DNA from: a virus
Taxonomy: Duplodnaviria; Heunggongvirae; Uroviricota; Caudoviricetes
Strand: one strand, 5' to 3'
DNA: 64,000 bases
IMG/VR virus record: IMGVR_UViG_2724678985_000012
Shown here: piece after piece, positions 1-9,579 of the stretch
How positions within the stretch are numbered: position 1 is the stretch's first letter
Layout of the letters: each line of letters opens with the position of its first letter
The notes under the pieces: model-generated
Seen by the model: only the letters and a program-made list of their open reading frames with translations
Database searches by the model: none
What the model was told of the DNA's origin: nothing
Program-made: the position numbers and the translations under genes

Positions 1-134
1 GCACGCGGAACAGTTAAAACAATCCTCCTTAGTGGTTAAGTCAAACATCCCGGCGTTAATTGTTAACTGGTTAACGTCACCTGGAGGCACCAGGCACCGC
101 AGCTTTTTTATTCGGTAAATAATGGAGTGAGAGG

Positions 135-1178
135 ATGCAGAACAATCCGAACAAATGTCGAACGCTATGGGTGCGGTTATATATTTATGTCGTCCTCTGT
201 TTGATTGTGTCACTGGTTCTGTATGTTTGGCTTTTGCCAAATATGATCTCATCTGACAGCACAATACTTGTATTGTTGGGAGTCCTTCTCGCGCTCATTT
301 ACCCGGCTTTTGCAGTAGTCTTTTTTCGTGAAAAAACCAGGAAATTGATTAATGAAAAAACGTTGATTAGTGCAGCGATTATTTTTGGTTCTTTATGTCT
401 GACCGGATGCGATCGGGTAGAGCCAGGTAACGTAGGGATCAAAGTAAATAAGCTGGGGGATGATAAAGGTATCGGTGAAGTAGTTGGCGTTGGTCGCTAC
501 TGGACAGGCTTGAATACTGAAGTTTATATCTTCCCGACCTTTAAGCAAATGAAGACATACGATGAGCCGTTCAGCTTCCAGATGAGCGACGGAACAACCA
601 TTGGTTACCACATCGGCGTAGCCTACAAGGTTGATCCAGCAAAAGTCACAACGGTATTTCAGACCTATCGCAAAGGTGTAGATGATATTACTGATACCGA
701 TCTACGCCAGAAGGTTGCAGATGCTCTGAACCGGTTAGCCAGCAAAATGACCACCGACAAATTTATCGACGGTGGCAAATCTGAATTGCTTGATGCAGCC
801 CTTAAAGACATTCAGGAAGAAATGACGCCCATCGGTATTCAGGTAATGAGCCTCTCATATGTGGGCAAGCCGGAGTACCCGCCAACCGTTATCGACAGCA
901 TTAATGCCAAAGTCACGGCGAACCAGAAAACTCTGCAACGCGAGCAGGAAGTCAAGCAACGCGAAGCAGAAGCCAACATGCTGCGCGCAGAAGCTGCTGG
1001 ACAGGCCGATGCCATTCGCACAAAAGCCCAGGCTGAAGCTGATGCCATTCGTTTACGCGGTGAGGCTCTGCGCCAGAACCCCGGCGTTATGGAGTTGGAA
1101 GCGATCAACAAATGGAACGGAACGCTACCGCAGTATATGACCAGTAATACCGCTGTTCCGTTTGTTCCGGTGAAATAA
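135..1178 (+). CDS. SPFH/band-7 (HflK/C, QmcA-like) membrane protein, possibly lipoprotein
   Basis: 347-aa ORF; N-terminal hydrophobic segments, lipobox-like LTGC, Ala/Gln-rich coiled-coil C-terminus typical of SPFH proteins. RBS before ATG 135; alternative TTG start at 345 with AGGA RBS would give a classical lipoprotein signal. Confidence 0.6.
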   Translation: MQNNPNKCRTLWVRLYIYVVLCLIVSLVLYVWLLPNMISSDSTILVLLGVLLALIYPAFAVVFFREKTRKLINEKTLISAAIIFGSLCLTGCDRVEPGNVGIKVNKLGDDKGIGEVVGVGRYWTGLNTEVYIFPTFKQMKTYDEPFSFQMSDGTTIGYHIGVAYKVDPAKVTTVFQTYRKGVDDITDTDLRQKVADALNRLASKMTTDKFIDGGKSELLDAALKDIQEEMTPIGIQVMSLSYVGKPEYPPTVIDSINAKVTANQKTLQREQEVKQREAEANMLRAEAAGQADAIRTKAQAEADAIRLRGEALRQNPGVMELEAINKWNGTLPQYMTSNTAVPFVPVK

Positions 1179-1191
1179 CCAAATAGATAAC

Positions 1192-1323
1192 ATGATGGAA
1201 TTTTGGACGTTTGCCGACAAGAACCCTTGGTGGACATTTTTATTTCTGCTGGTGGTTGCATATGGGGTCGAGCAAGCAGCAAAAGCCTTACGCGGTCCTG
1301 GCAAAAAGCGTAAGCGGAATTAA
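1192..1323 (+). CDS. Small hydrophobic peptide (43 aa) between SPFH gene and tRNA
   Basis: Hand-translated ORF MMEFWTFADKNPWWTFLFLLVVAYGVEQAAKALRGPGKKRKRN; one TM-like segment and basic tail; below the ORF-track size cutoff. Confidence 0.3.
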   Translation: MMEFWTFADKNPWWTFLFLLVVAYGVEQAAKALRGPGKKRKRN

Positions 1324-1332
1324 CAGTAATCT

Positions 1333-1408
1333 GGCCCTTTAGCTCAGTGGTTAGAGCTGGCGACTCATAATCGCACGGTCACCGGTTCAAGTCCGGTAGG
1401 GGCCACCA
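1333..1408 (+). tRNA. tRNA with CAU anticodon (tRNA-Ile2/lysidine type or tRNA-Met)
   Basis: 76-nt cloverleaf: 7-bp acceptor stem GGCCCTT/AGGGGCC, D-loop AGTGGTTAG, anticodon loop CTCATAA, T-arm GGTTCAAGTCC, encoded 3' CCA. Resembles enterobacterial ileX-type tRNA from memory. Confidence 0.85.
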
Positions 1409-1862
1409 TATTTGGTTGTAACACGGCGTCTGGCACATGCGTCGTTAGCGGTCTGGTGACGTTAAAGGGGTATCTTTGACTCTTGCTCAGGCAAACGGAC
1501 CAGGTAGCCGGAATGTGCAAGCCCCGATAACAGTGGCGGACCGAGGACTCACCATCCTGGCGATTCGGTGTGACAGCCGGAAGAGCACGGCGCACAACAG
1601 GAAAAGGCGTTTAATTAGCGTGAGCGCCGTTTCCGTTGTGGTAATTGCGGCTATGCGCTCGTGACGAAGCCATTTTTATTCACTACGTTCTGATAAGTGA
1701 CGTCGCCAGGAGTGGCTAACCTGGCAGGTGGAGGCACCACCGCCACAACTCCTTTCAATTCATCATATAGCCGCTCAGGCTGTACCCCTTAATTAATACG
1801 AATTTACGACATCACTACCGGCACTTCCGGGGGATAGTCGCGCGTGTAAAAAAGGAGACGTT

Positions 1863-2438
1863 ATGTTAATGGCGAACGATAACGCATATGCAGAAGAAGA
1901 TCTCATTTTGAGTGACTTCATAGGGAAGCGGGAACGCTGGACCCAAAAGCGAGAGGAACTTTACGCCTCATTAGTTCGCAAAGGCGTCAATATCGAAACC
2001 GCACAGAGCGGCGATATGACAGTGGTAAGCGTTGGATTGCACGGTGTAAGCGTGTCAGCAATCAATCATGAGCCATACGTTGCGTTATCCGAGTCAATGG
2101 TAAGGTTAGTTAAGTTCCTGAAGTACACAGAAGCGAATAATGTAATCATTGGCAAAAAGAATATCCCTTTTTCCTCGGCTTTTTACTGGATGATGAAAGG
2201 GCTTGATGCCCGGCGGACATCATGGCCTAAAGGGAGCTATATATCGATGTTCCGTGGCAGCATTGGCAGCAAAGAAAAGCTCTTCGAATTCTTGCCGGAA
2301 GAGGCATTCGATATTGTGGAAGGGTGCGATGTGATGGTGATGCCTCGCCTGGTAATGATGAATGGGGATTTACAGGCGCAGACAGACTGGTTTGCAACTG
2401 GTGTGGATATTATCGCGACTGACTGGGAGGCTTTCTGA
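1863..2438 (+). CDS. Hypothetical protein with DUF2829-like motifs
   Basis: 191 aa; FSSAFYWMMKGLDARRTSW and C-terminal DW motifs weakly resemble DUF2829. Confidence 0.45.
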   Translation: MLMANDNAYAEEDLILSDFIGKRERWTQKREELYASLVRKGVNIETAQSGDMTVVSVGLHGVSVSAINHEPYVALSESMVRLVKFLKYTEANNVIIGKKNIPFSSAFYWMMKGLDARRTSWPKGSYISMFRGSIGSKEKLFEFLPEEAFDIVEGCDVMVMPRLVMMNGDLQAQTDWFATGVDIIATDWEAF

Positions 2439-2830
2439 TGTACGGGACTACCAAATTAAGCACTCAACAGGCCACCAATATGGAGTGGTCTATCGCTAAC
2501 TGTAAGATCGTGTCATGCAATGCCACGCGTACTGATGTGGGCCATAAAAGCACTATAACAGGCTATCTAGTAATGACCACCAGGGGGATGAGGGTTAGAT
2601 TTCGCTGGAAAGCAGAGCAAGTAACGCCATTCAGAGAGCCATCAATGCCGCTGCAGGTTGAGCAGGATTATCTATGTTTACCAGAAATAGATGGAGGAAT
2701 GCTGGTGGAGTCTGATGGTAGTAAGGCTGATTTTGAAGCCAATTTGAAGCTGGCACAGGCCGTAATCAATAGTTATCGCGGAAAGTGGATCGCAAAAGTG
2801 AAACATGTTGTTCGTTTGTCTCGCTGGTAG
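2438..2830 (+). CDS. Hypothetical protein
   Basis: 130-aa ORF overlapping upstream stop (ATGA coupling). Confidence 0.4.
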   Translation: MYGTTKLSTQQATNMEWSIANCKIVSCNATRTDVGHKSTITGYLVMTTRGMRVRFRWKAEQVTPFREPSMPLQVEQDYLCLPEIDGGMLVESDGSKADFEANLKLAQAVINSYRGKWIAKVKHVVRLSRW

Positions 2831-2938
2831 CGTTAGGTATTTAATATTAATTTTCTAATATAATCATCTTTTTACCAGTCTATACAGTTTTAACATTCTC
2901 ATTATCATCCCCTCGGTCATTTCCTGCCCGGGGGATTA

Positions 2939-3331
2939 ATGGAACAAATCAGCAGCGCAGAAATTGCGGATATCATGATCAGGGCTGACTGCTATCTGAC
3001 AGTCACTGAAATTACCACTCTCGCCAAAGAAAAATACCCTCATCTCCATGTTTCACGAGTAAGTGTAACTAACATCATTCGTCATTTTGTTCGTTCAAGC
3101 AGGGCAATCTGTGAGCTGGATGATCGTGTGTATCCACGAAAATACTGGCTACATGGTCTGAACGGATATCAGTTCAAGGTGCGCGGGCGCACGCCTGAAT
3201 ACGGTAGCTTACTGGTTAAAAACTGTAGCAGGAAATCAGTCGAACAGGCGCGAAAAGAGCAACGAGAGCTGGTGGACATGGCGAATAAGCTGTGGAATGC
3301 CGCCGTTAAAAAGCGTGGTGTTGCTTTATGA
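2939..3331 (+). CDS. Putative DNA-binding protein at the position of P1 late promoter activator Lpa
   Basis: 130 aa, immediately upstream of and overlapping pacA; HTH-like segment; operator-like motif at 2847-2860 upstream. Confidence 0.4.
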   Translation: MEQISSAEIADIMIRADCYLTVTEITTLAKEKYPHLHVSRVSVTNIIRHFVRSSRAICELDDRVYPRKYWLHGLNGYQFKVRGRTPEYGSLLVKNCSRKSVEQARKEQRELVDMANKLWNAAVKKRGVAL

Positions 3332-4692
3332 GTCTGGTTAATTGGGAGGAGCACCGCGCCCGCTTTATAGCGTTGCGTGAAGAAAAAGGGATCACTGTAA
3401 AGGAATACTGTGAGGAGCATGGCCTTAGCTTCAATACAGCCAGAAAGCATCTCAATATGAAAAAAAATGAGGTGCGGTCGCAGGTAAAGACAACAAAAAA
3501 AAGCACCAAATCACCTGAAAAAAAACGGGCGGGAAGAGCAACAAAAAAGCTGGAAGAGGGTGCAGAAAAAACAAAATTTACAGAAATTGACAATTCGCAG
3601 GGCGCAGGTTCTTTCCGAAGTATGCCGAGAAAGAAAACTTCGGATCATGAAAATAATGCAAATAATAACAATGAGATAAAAGAATCTGTCAGGAGATCAT
3701 TGCGCGAAAAAATGGCGAAAATGATCCCCGAAGAAGATAAAAGCGCCCCAAAAATTGAGGGATCTTCAGCAATGATCCCTGGCGGTGCTGTGCAACGTGC
3801 CACATTGCCCACTACGAATGTGGCTCGCGACATGATGAAGAACGGCGCAGAAGAACACCTGCGGTTAGCAATTCAAATGGCGCAAGAGCGCGCACTTCAG
3901 TATCAAAGCATTGTTGATCAGGAGGCCGAACGTCTACAGGCGGAAATAGACGCCTTGGGCGATAAAGAGCCAGAAGGAATGCACCCTGGGCAGCGCCTTC
4001 TCGGTCTAATCAGTGACGCGGCCTACTACATGAATGATTTTATCAGTAGGTTGGCAGCTATATATCAGTCCGAACAAAAGCTGCGACAGGGGGATGAAAA
4101 GCTTCGTCAGAGCGCTCGCCAGCAAGCATTCAAAGAGGCTGAGGCCAGAGAAAAACTCGAATTAGCACGCCTACAGGCCGAACAGCGTGGCAAAGAGATT
4201 GAATATCGCATTGGCGCTGACGCACGCGCTGCCAGAGTTATCGCCGCCGCTATACGTATGCGTGAGCGCGAGGAACTGGATGATATCGGTGTTGCTGAAT
4301 ACATCGAGCGCCAGGGGGTCAGCGTCCCGGCTATCCTCGCGGCGCGCGCGGCGAAAGCTATCACTCTTCTCGAACCACCTGTTTCTGACGTCAATGATGT
4401 TGATGATGAACAGCTGGACAAAGAGGCAAGGGAGTTTGCAACGCTTCAGGCTAACCATCCGCAATGGCTGGCAGAGCGCCGGGCGGATGTGGCAACCATT
4501 GTTGAAGAATTGGGGTGCGGAGATTACGACCGCAATGGCGAGCGTAAAGCTGGAGAATTCGAGGCCAACGACGAAGAGCTGGATATTGACCCTTCGGCAA
4601 CGGCTGAAATTTACGGTGATTATGATGCATCTGATGCAGGGTATGACGCCGGAGATGATGATATCGCGATAGAACCGCCGGAGGATGATTAA
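3328..4692 (+). CDS. pacA: PacA-like terminase small subunit
   Basis: 454 aa, coupled to downstream PacB; acidic C-terminus; contains GATC-hexamer cluster. Confidence 0.65.
   Translation: MSLVNWEEHRARFIALREEKGITVKEYCEEHGLSFNTARKHLNMKKNEVRSQVKTTKKSTKSPEKKRAGRATKKLEEGAEKTKFTEIDNSQGAGSFRSMPRKKTSDHENNANNNNEIKESVRRSLREKMAKMIPEEDKSAPKIEGSSAMIPGGAVQRATLPTTNVARDMMKNGAEEHLRLAIQMAQERALQYQSIVDQEAERLQAEIDALGDKEPEGMHPGQRLLGLISDAAYYMNDFISRLAAIYQSEQKLRQGDEKLRQSARQQAFKEAEAREKLELARLQAEQRGKEIEYRIGADARAARVIAAAIRMREREELDDIGVAEYIERQGVSVPAILAARAAKAITLLEPPVSDVNDVDDEQLDKEAREFATLQANHPQWLAERRADVATIVEELGCGDYDRNGERKAGEFEANDEELDIDPSATAEIYGDYDASDAGYDAGDDDIAIEPPEDD
3641..3780. other. pac-like packaging site candidate: clustered GATC hexamers in two opposed groups
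   Basis: GATC at 3644, 3696, 3723, 3761, 3774; GATCAT elements on one side, TGATCC/GATCT on the other, as in the P1 pac site inside pacA. Confidence 0.5.
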
Positions 4693-6200
4693 TGGCTGGC
4701 GGGCGCAAGATTAAATGCGTCACCAGCGATCCACGCTGGCGCGATATGGTAATCAAATACCGCTACAACTTTACCCAGGCTGTTGTCGATATTTTTGGGA
4801 TGTTCCCCTCCCACCAGCAGCAGCAGATCATTCAGTCAGTGCAGGAAACGGGGAGTAGGACGACCGTCACGTCCGGACACGGAACGGGGAAGTCGTCCCT
4901 TACCGCGATGTTGCTGTTGATTTTTATGATCCTGTTCCCCGATGCCCGTGTCATCATTGTTGCTAACAAGATAGGCCAGGTAAAAACAGGCGTATTCAAA
5001 TACGTTAAACAGTATTGGGCGAATGCAGTTAAGCGTCATGGGTGGTTGCAGACCTATTTTGTCCTCTCTGACACCATGTTTTATGAGCGCTCCCGTAAGG
5101 GGATTTGGGAAGTTCTCTGCAAAGGTTATCGACTCGGCAACGAAGAAGCGCTGGCGGGGGAACACGCGGCACATTTGCTTCTAATTCTGGACGAAGCATC
5201 TGGTATATCTGATAAGGCGATCGGCGTAATGACCGGTGCTCTTACTGAAGAAGATAACCGGATGTTGATGCTATCCCAGCCAACAAGGCCAAGTGGTTAT
5301 TTCTACGATTCGCACCATTCTCAAGCAAAAACCCCAGACAACCCGAAAGGGATCTGGACAGCAATTGTTCTTAACTCGGAAGAATCACCGTTCGTCACAC
5401 CACAATTCATCAAGCAGAAGCTTCTGGAATATGGCGGGCGCGATTCTATTGAGTACATGGTCAAGGTGCTTGGTCAGTTCCCACGAGAAATTAACGGCTA
5501 TTTGCTTGGTCGTGATGAATGCGATCGCGCTGCTCGCCGCAAGGTGTTGTTGGAGAAAAACTGGGGATGGGTGGCAACGGCTGACGTTGGTAATGGGCGA
5601 GATAAGTCGGTCCTCAACATCTGCAAAGTATCTGGTCACAGGGATAAGCGGCGCGTTGTTAACTTTAAGGTAATGGAGATGCCTGGCACTATGGACCCAT
5701 TGGCCTTTGCTGACTTCATATATAACGAATGTACGCCGGAAAAATACCCGAATATAACAATCGCGGTTGATGCTGATGGTTTTGGTTCTGATACGTGTGC
5801 GCAGTTGGTGCGTCGTGGTGCGAACCCGGTACGTATTCGGTGGGGAAAACCCATGTTTGCGAACAAAGACAGGGAGCGATTTGTTAATCAGCGTGCCTAC
5901 GCAAATATTATGGCGCGAGATGCCATAAAGTCAGGGCGTATGCGGATAGACAGTGACCCTAAAACGGCAGAGCAAGCGTCAAAAATCCCCTTTTTACTGA
6001 ATGAAGAAGGGAAAATGGCGATGATGCGCAAAGAGCACATGCGGCAAAAGCTAAACATCAAATCGCCTGACCGATGGGATACCTACTGCTTCACTATGCT
6101 GGTGGACTATGTGCCTGCTAATGAAGATATTGGTGCCGAAATGGCAACTTTCCGAGATCAGGTTCTGGCGGATATCGAAATGCCGGATCTGGATATATAA
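4692..6200 (+). CDS. pacB: PacB-like terminase large subunit
   Basis: 502 aa; Walker A SGHGTGKS; terminase-like architecture; start overlaps pacA stop. Confidence 0.8.
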   Translation: MAGGRKIKCVTSDPRWRDMVIKYRYNFTQAVVDIFGMFPSHQQQQIIQSVQETGSRTTVTSGHGTGKSSLTAMLLLIFMILFPDARVIIVANKIGQVKTGVFKYVKQYWANAVKRHGWLQTYFVLSDTMFYERSRKGIWEVLCKGYRLGNEEALAGEHAAHLLLILDEASGISDKAIGVMTGALTEEDNRMLMLSQPTRPSGYFYDSHHSQAKTPDNPKGIWTAIVLNSEESPFVTPQFIKQKLLEYGGRDSIEYMVKVLGQFPREINGYLLGRDECDRAARRKVLLEKNWGWVATADVGNGRDKSVLNICKVSGHRDKRRVVNFKVMEMPGTMDPLAFADFIYNECTPEKYPNITIAVDADGFGSDTCAQLVRRGANPVRIRWGKPMFANKDRERFVNQRAYANIMARDAIKSGRMRIDSDPKTAEQASKIPFLLNEEGKMAMMRKEHMRQKLNIKSPDRWDTYCFTMLVDYVPANEDIGAEMATFRDQVLADIEMPDLDI

Positions 6201-6224
6201 AGCCCCGCGATGCGGGGCCGGTTG
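6201..6224. terminator. Bidirectional stem-loop between convergent pacB and repressor genes
   Basis: GCCCCGC-GAT-GCGGGGC hairpin with flanking A/T-rich runs. Confidence 0.45.
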
Positions 6225-6227
6225 TGA

Positions 6228-7265
6228 TTACCAGAGCTTCGCGGCGTACTGCGTTTGGGGGAATGTGTATCCGTAACGTTCTTCGATTGCTTTGCCGTAT
6301 TTTTTACGAGCTTCATTCAGTTTAATGCCGGTCAGGTCGTCTCCAGAGGCCATCATTACGTCTAACAATTCCAGATCCATTTTATCCAGCCTTGCCATTG
6401 CTTCACGTGATGTACGTATCTTACGTTCAATGATATGGCGAATAGCCGGATCGGCATCCTCCAGCATCTTAGCGGATTTCTGCTTAAGGCTTTCATTGCG
6501 AATATCGATGTTCCTTAAGATGTACGACTTCGCAACGTAGCTTGGCTGGTGTTTTTCCAGGTCACGAACACGATATAAGTTAAAATCGCCGAGAAGGCTG
6601 CAAGGTACCGATTCGACGCCAGAATAAATTGTAATGCTCCGGCGTTCACCAACATTATTGACAACGGGGATCGTTGTCTTCGGTAGTCTTGCGAAAACCA
6701 ATGCGCCATGTGCGCCAACTCTAAAGCGAGAAAGGGCATTGCTGCCTTCGATGTTTGTTGTCAGCACAACATCTGTATATGCCTCTTTACGCGCCCGGTA
6801 GATCTCGCCTTCAGGCTCAGCTTCAAAGAAGCGCTGTTCTTCTTCAAGAGCACCTACGATTTGAGAAAAAACCCTATTTTTCAGGCTTTTCTTTATGATT
6901 TTGTCGTATTTTTTTAGCAATTGTTCACGTGTAAATGTACGTGTTGTTGTAGCGCTTTGCACAACGACATGCGTGCTTTGATTGGTGTCCTCAATGATGA
7001 ATGGGATCGGAGAATATACAGACTCAACAATGTTCGACGCTTTGCCGTCGGCATCGCGGCACATGTCAACGAAGGCTTTCCATTCAGCAAGACATTTTTC
7101 AGCTTCTTCTAATATGTTTTGGTCATGCGTTAATGCAACATGGCGGAATTCCTCGCCAGCATAACTGGTATCATGGAAAACAGAGTTTGCGACCACCAGC
7201 TCTTTCCACCGTTCAGCGGTTTGCAGGAACCGTTTGTACTCTTTCTCGATCGACTTCTTACTCAT
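6228..7265 (-). CDS. Putative immunity repressor (C1-like by position and operator context)
   Basis: 345 aa between pacB and lox/cre, where P1 carries c1; operator-like motif 15 bp upstream of its start. Sequence identity to C1 not verified. Confidence 0.4.
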   Translation of the reverse strand: MSKKSIEKEYKRFLQTAERWKELVVANSVFHDTSYAGEEFRHVALTHDQNILEEAEKCLAEWKAFVDMCRDADGKASNIVESVYSPIPFIIEDTNQSTHVVVQSATTTRTFTREQLLKKYDKIIKKSLKNRVFSQIVGALEEEQRFFEAEPEGEIYRARKEAYTDVVLTTNIEGSNALSRFRVGAHGALVFARLPKTTIPVVNNVGERRSITIYSGVESVPCSLLGDFNLYRVRDLEKHQPSYVAKSYILRNIDIRNESLKQKSAKMLEDADPAIRHIIERKIRTSREAMARLDKMDLELLDVMMASGDDLTGIKLNEARKKYGKAIEERYGYTFPQTQYAAKLW

Positions 7266-7279
7266 TATTCCTACTCGAT

Positions 7280-7294
7280 TTAGTTTTCTAACAT
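7280..7294 (+). promoter_or_regulatory. C1-type operator-like site (TTAGTTTTCTAACAT)
   Basis: Exact copy of the dispersed motif; second inverted copy with one mismatch at 7364-7378. Confidence 0.5.
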
Positions 7295-7474
7295 AAAATT
7301 ACTATGACAAATTTATGTCGAATAACAGAGTGAGTAAAGGATCGAACTGTGATTTTTTGTCATCAATTTTAGAAAACCAACCGTAGAAACCACACTTCGC
7401 AAATTAAAGACCATGAAGGCAACGTGTTACTGGTCATCATCAATCTATGATGGATTTAAAAAAATCGGCATTTT

Positions 7475-7508
7475 ATAACTTTAAATAATTGGCATTATTT
7501 AAAGTTAA
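7475..7508. other. lox-like recombination site (13-bp inverted arms, 8-bp spacer)
   Basis: ATAACTTTAAATA-ATTGGCAT-TATTTAAAGTTAa; outer ATAACTT identical to loxP arms, inner arm bases differ; 150 bp upstream of cre. Confidence 0.8.
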
Positions 7509-7516
7509 GCTATAAT
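7489..7516 (+). promoter_or_regulatory. Sigma70-like promoter overlapping lox spacer, directed toward cre
   Basis: TTGGCA, 16-bp spacer, TATAAT. Confidence 0.4.
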
Positions 7517-7659
7517 CATGGGTGGATGATCAGTGTTGACATCACTGAAAATACGTGCCTCGAATCAAAGGTTTGAATCTTGAAAATTAACTTATAGCTA
7601 CCCTGTCATTTTTATATTTTTCGCGTAGCGTCATCTGTATATAGAGGTTAAATAGTTTC

Positions 7660-8688
7660 ATGAGTGAATTAATTATCTCTGGCAGCTCCAGTGGTTTTCT
7701 GCGCAACATTGGCAAAGAGTACCAGGAGGCCGCAGAAAACTTTATGCGGTTCATGAATGACCAGGGGGCTTACGCGCCTAATACTTTGCGCGATCTCCGG
7801 TTAGTGTTTCACTCCTGGGCGAGATGGTGTCACGCTCGCCAGCTCGCCTGGTTCCCGATCTCTCCAGAGATGGCCCGCGAGTATTTTCTTCAGCTGCATG
7901 ATGCTGATCTGGCTTCGACCACCATTGATAAGCACTACGCCATGCTGAACATGCTGCTTTCGCATTGTGGCCTTCCGCCACTTTCGGATGATAAAAGTGT
8001 TTCTCTGGCTATGCGGCGCATCCGGCGTGAAGCGGCAACGGAAAAAGGCGAACGAACAGGCCAGGCTATACCGCTGCGGTGGGACGATCTGAAACTGCTC
8101 GACGTCCTGTTGTCCAGGTCAGAACGGCTGGTGGACCTGCGCAACCGGGCTTTTCTCTTTGTTGCATACAATACGCTGATGCGCATGTCTGAAATCTCGC
8201 GTATTCGTGTAGGAGATCTGGACCAAACAGGTGACACTGTCACGCTACATATTTCACACACGAAGACAATAACGACCGCCGCCGGGCTTGATAAGGTGCT
8301 TTCCCGTCGCACTACTGCTGTGCTGAATGACTGGCTGGATGTTTCCGGGCTTCGTGAACATCCTGACGCGGTGCTGTTCCCGCCGATACACCGTAGCAAT
8401 AAGGCCAGGATTACGACAACGCCCCTTACTGCACCTGCAATGGAGAAAATATTTAGTGACGCCTGGGTGTTGCTGAATAAAAGAGATGCCACTCCAAACA
8501 AGGGGAGATACCGGACGTGGACCGGGCATAGTGCTCGTGTCGGGGCTGCTATCGATATGGCAGAAAAGCAGGTGTCTATGGTGGAGATCATGCAGGAAGG
8601 AACCTGGAAGAAACCGGAAACACTTATGCGGTATCTGCGCCGTGGCGGCGTGTCTGTGGGGGCTAATAGCCGCCTGATGGATTCATAA
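7660..8688 (+). CDS. cre: Cre-like tyrosine site-specific recombinase
   Basis: 342 aa; alignable along its length to P1 Cre from memory (WFP, AFL..AYNTL.R..EI.RIRV.D, HSARVGAA.DMA, C-terminal Tyr in MRYLRR). Confidence 0.9.
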   Translation: MSELIISGSSSGFLRNIGKEYQEAAENFMRFMNDQGAYAPNTLRDLRLVFHSWARWCHARQLAWFPISPEMAREYFLQLHDADLASTTIDKHYAMLNMLLSHCGLPPLSDDKSVSLAMRRIRREAATEKGERTGQAIPLRWDDLKLLDVLLSRSERLVDLRNRAFLFVAYNTLMRMSEISRIRVGDLDQTGDTVTLHISHTKTITTAAGLDKVLSRRTTAVLNDWLDVSGLREHPDAVLFPPIHRSNKARITTTPLTAPAMEKIFSDAWVLLNKRDATPNKGRYRTWTGHSARVGAAIDMAEKQVSMVEIMQEGTWKKPETLMRYLRRGGVSVGANSRLMDS

Positions 8689-8761
8689 ATTAAATTTCTA
8701 ACACATCTTTTTAGATTGTTATCTTTGCTGTAAAGTACCCTCGCCTATTTCGGAGGGTGCT

Positions 8762-9106
8762 TTGCAGAGTCAAATCACGGAATCAAGACGCTTTAAGGTG
8801 GATGGTTACACCGTAACCTTCGCCGCTGGTGTTAAGAACAGTCATGCTGTCGTTGTGTTCGGCATCATGACCGGGCTTGAGGCCGTCCCTGTGTTTACCC
8901 TCGAAAAAAACTGGCGAAATCTGGAGGAAGCAGAAAGCTACGTCCGGAAAGTAACCATCATTGCCGCCGAAAAACTCCTGGCCCACTATCAGGAAAATTA
9001 TCGCACTATGGTCGAGAAGATTAATCTCGCTTTCACTCGCCCCACTACCGGCTTTATTGCACCGGATACTAATGCAGGTCGCTATCCTGCAAGGGGGCGT
9101 CGGTGA
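8762..9106 (+). CDS. Hypothetical protein (TTG start)
   Basis: 114-aa ORF with GGAGGG RBS; first gene of operon downstream of cre. Confidence 0.35.
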   Translation: MQSQITESRRFKVDGYTVTFAAGVKNSHAVVVFGIMTGLEAVPVFTLEKNWRNLEEAESYVRKVTIIAAEKLLAHYQENYRTMVEKINLAFTRPTTGFIAPDTNAGRYPARGRR

Positions 9107-9579
9107 AAACTTATTACACATCTCTGAATTGTTACCCGTCTTCCTATCCAGAATTATCCGGGAAGCTGTTAGCTCTATTAGCTAAAGCACCTACGGAATG
9201 GTTTAAGCCAGTCGTTATCAATCCACACTTCCTGGATTACGGATCTGTTCGCACTCGTAACGAACTCAAAAACCTACTGGCGCATGGATTCATTCGACAC
9301 CGTGCCGGGAAAGGCTATCAGTTAGCGATTGCGCCAGAAGAGGCCGTGCGGCTATTCGCATATCGTGACAGCCAGACAAAAGCTCGGGTAATAGCTCAAA
9401 TACTTCATAACGGCAGCACCTATGCCCGCCAGTTTGGCGGCGACACGTCGCAGTTCTTGCGGGCGGTGCGATCGCTGGAGGAGCAAGGAGTTATTGAAAG
9501 TTCCTGTCTTCCTGTTCCTACCGTTCCACATATCAAACGTCGGGTTTACACCTTCACGCAGAGAGCTAAAAAACAATGA
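9103..9579 (+). CDS. Hypothetical protein
   Basis: 158-aa ORF coupled to flanking genes. Confidence 0.4.
   Translation: MKTYYTSLNCYPSSYPELSGKLLALLAKAPTEWFKPVVINPHFLDYGSVRTRNELKNLLAHGFIRHRAGKGYQLAIAPEEAVRLFAYRDSQTKARVIAQILHNGSTYARQFGGDTSQFLRAVRSLEEQGVIESSCLPVPTVPHIKRRVYTFTQRAKKQ

Noticed and set aside
393-1282. Minus-strand ORFs 393..611 and 839..1282 and plus-strand 859..1140
   Set aside because: Overlap the SPFH coding sequence in alternative frames or antisense; the SPFH frame has the recognisable domain.
1409-1862. Additional tRNA genes after the first tRNA
   Set aside because: No further cloverleaf with T-loop GTTC(A/G)A motif and paired acceptor stem found by eye; ORFs 1365..1595 and 1476..1664 overlap each other and the tRNA and look spurious.
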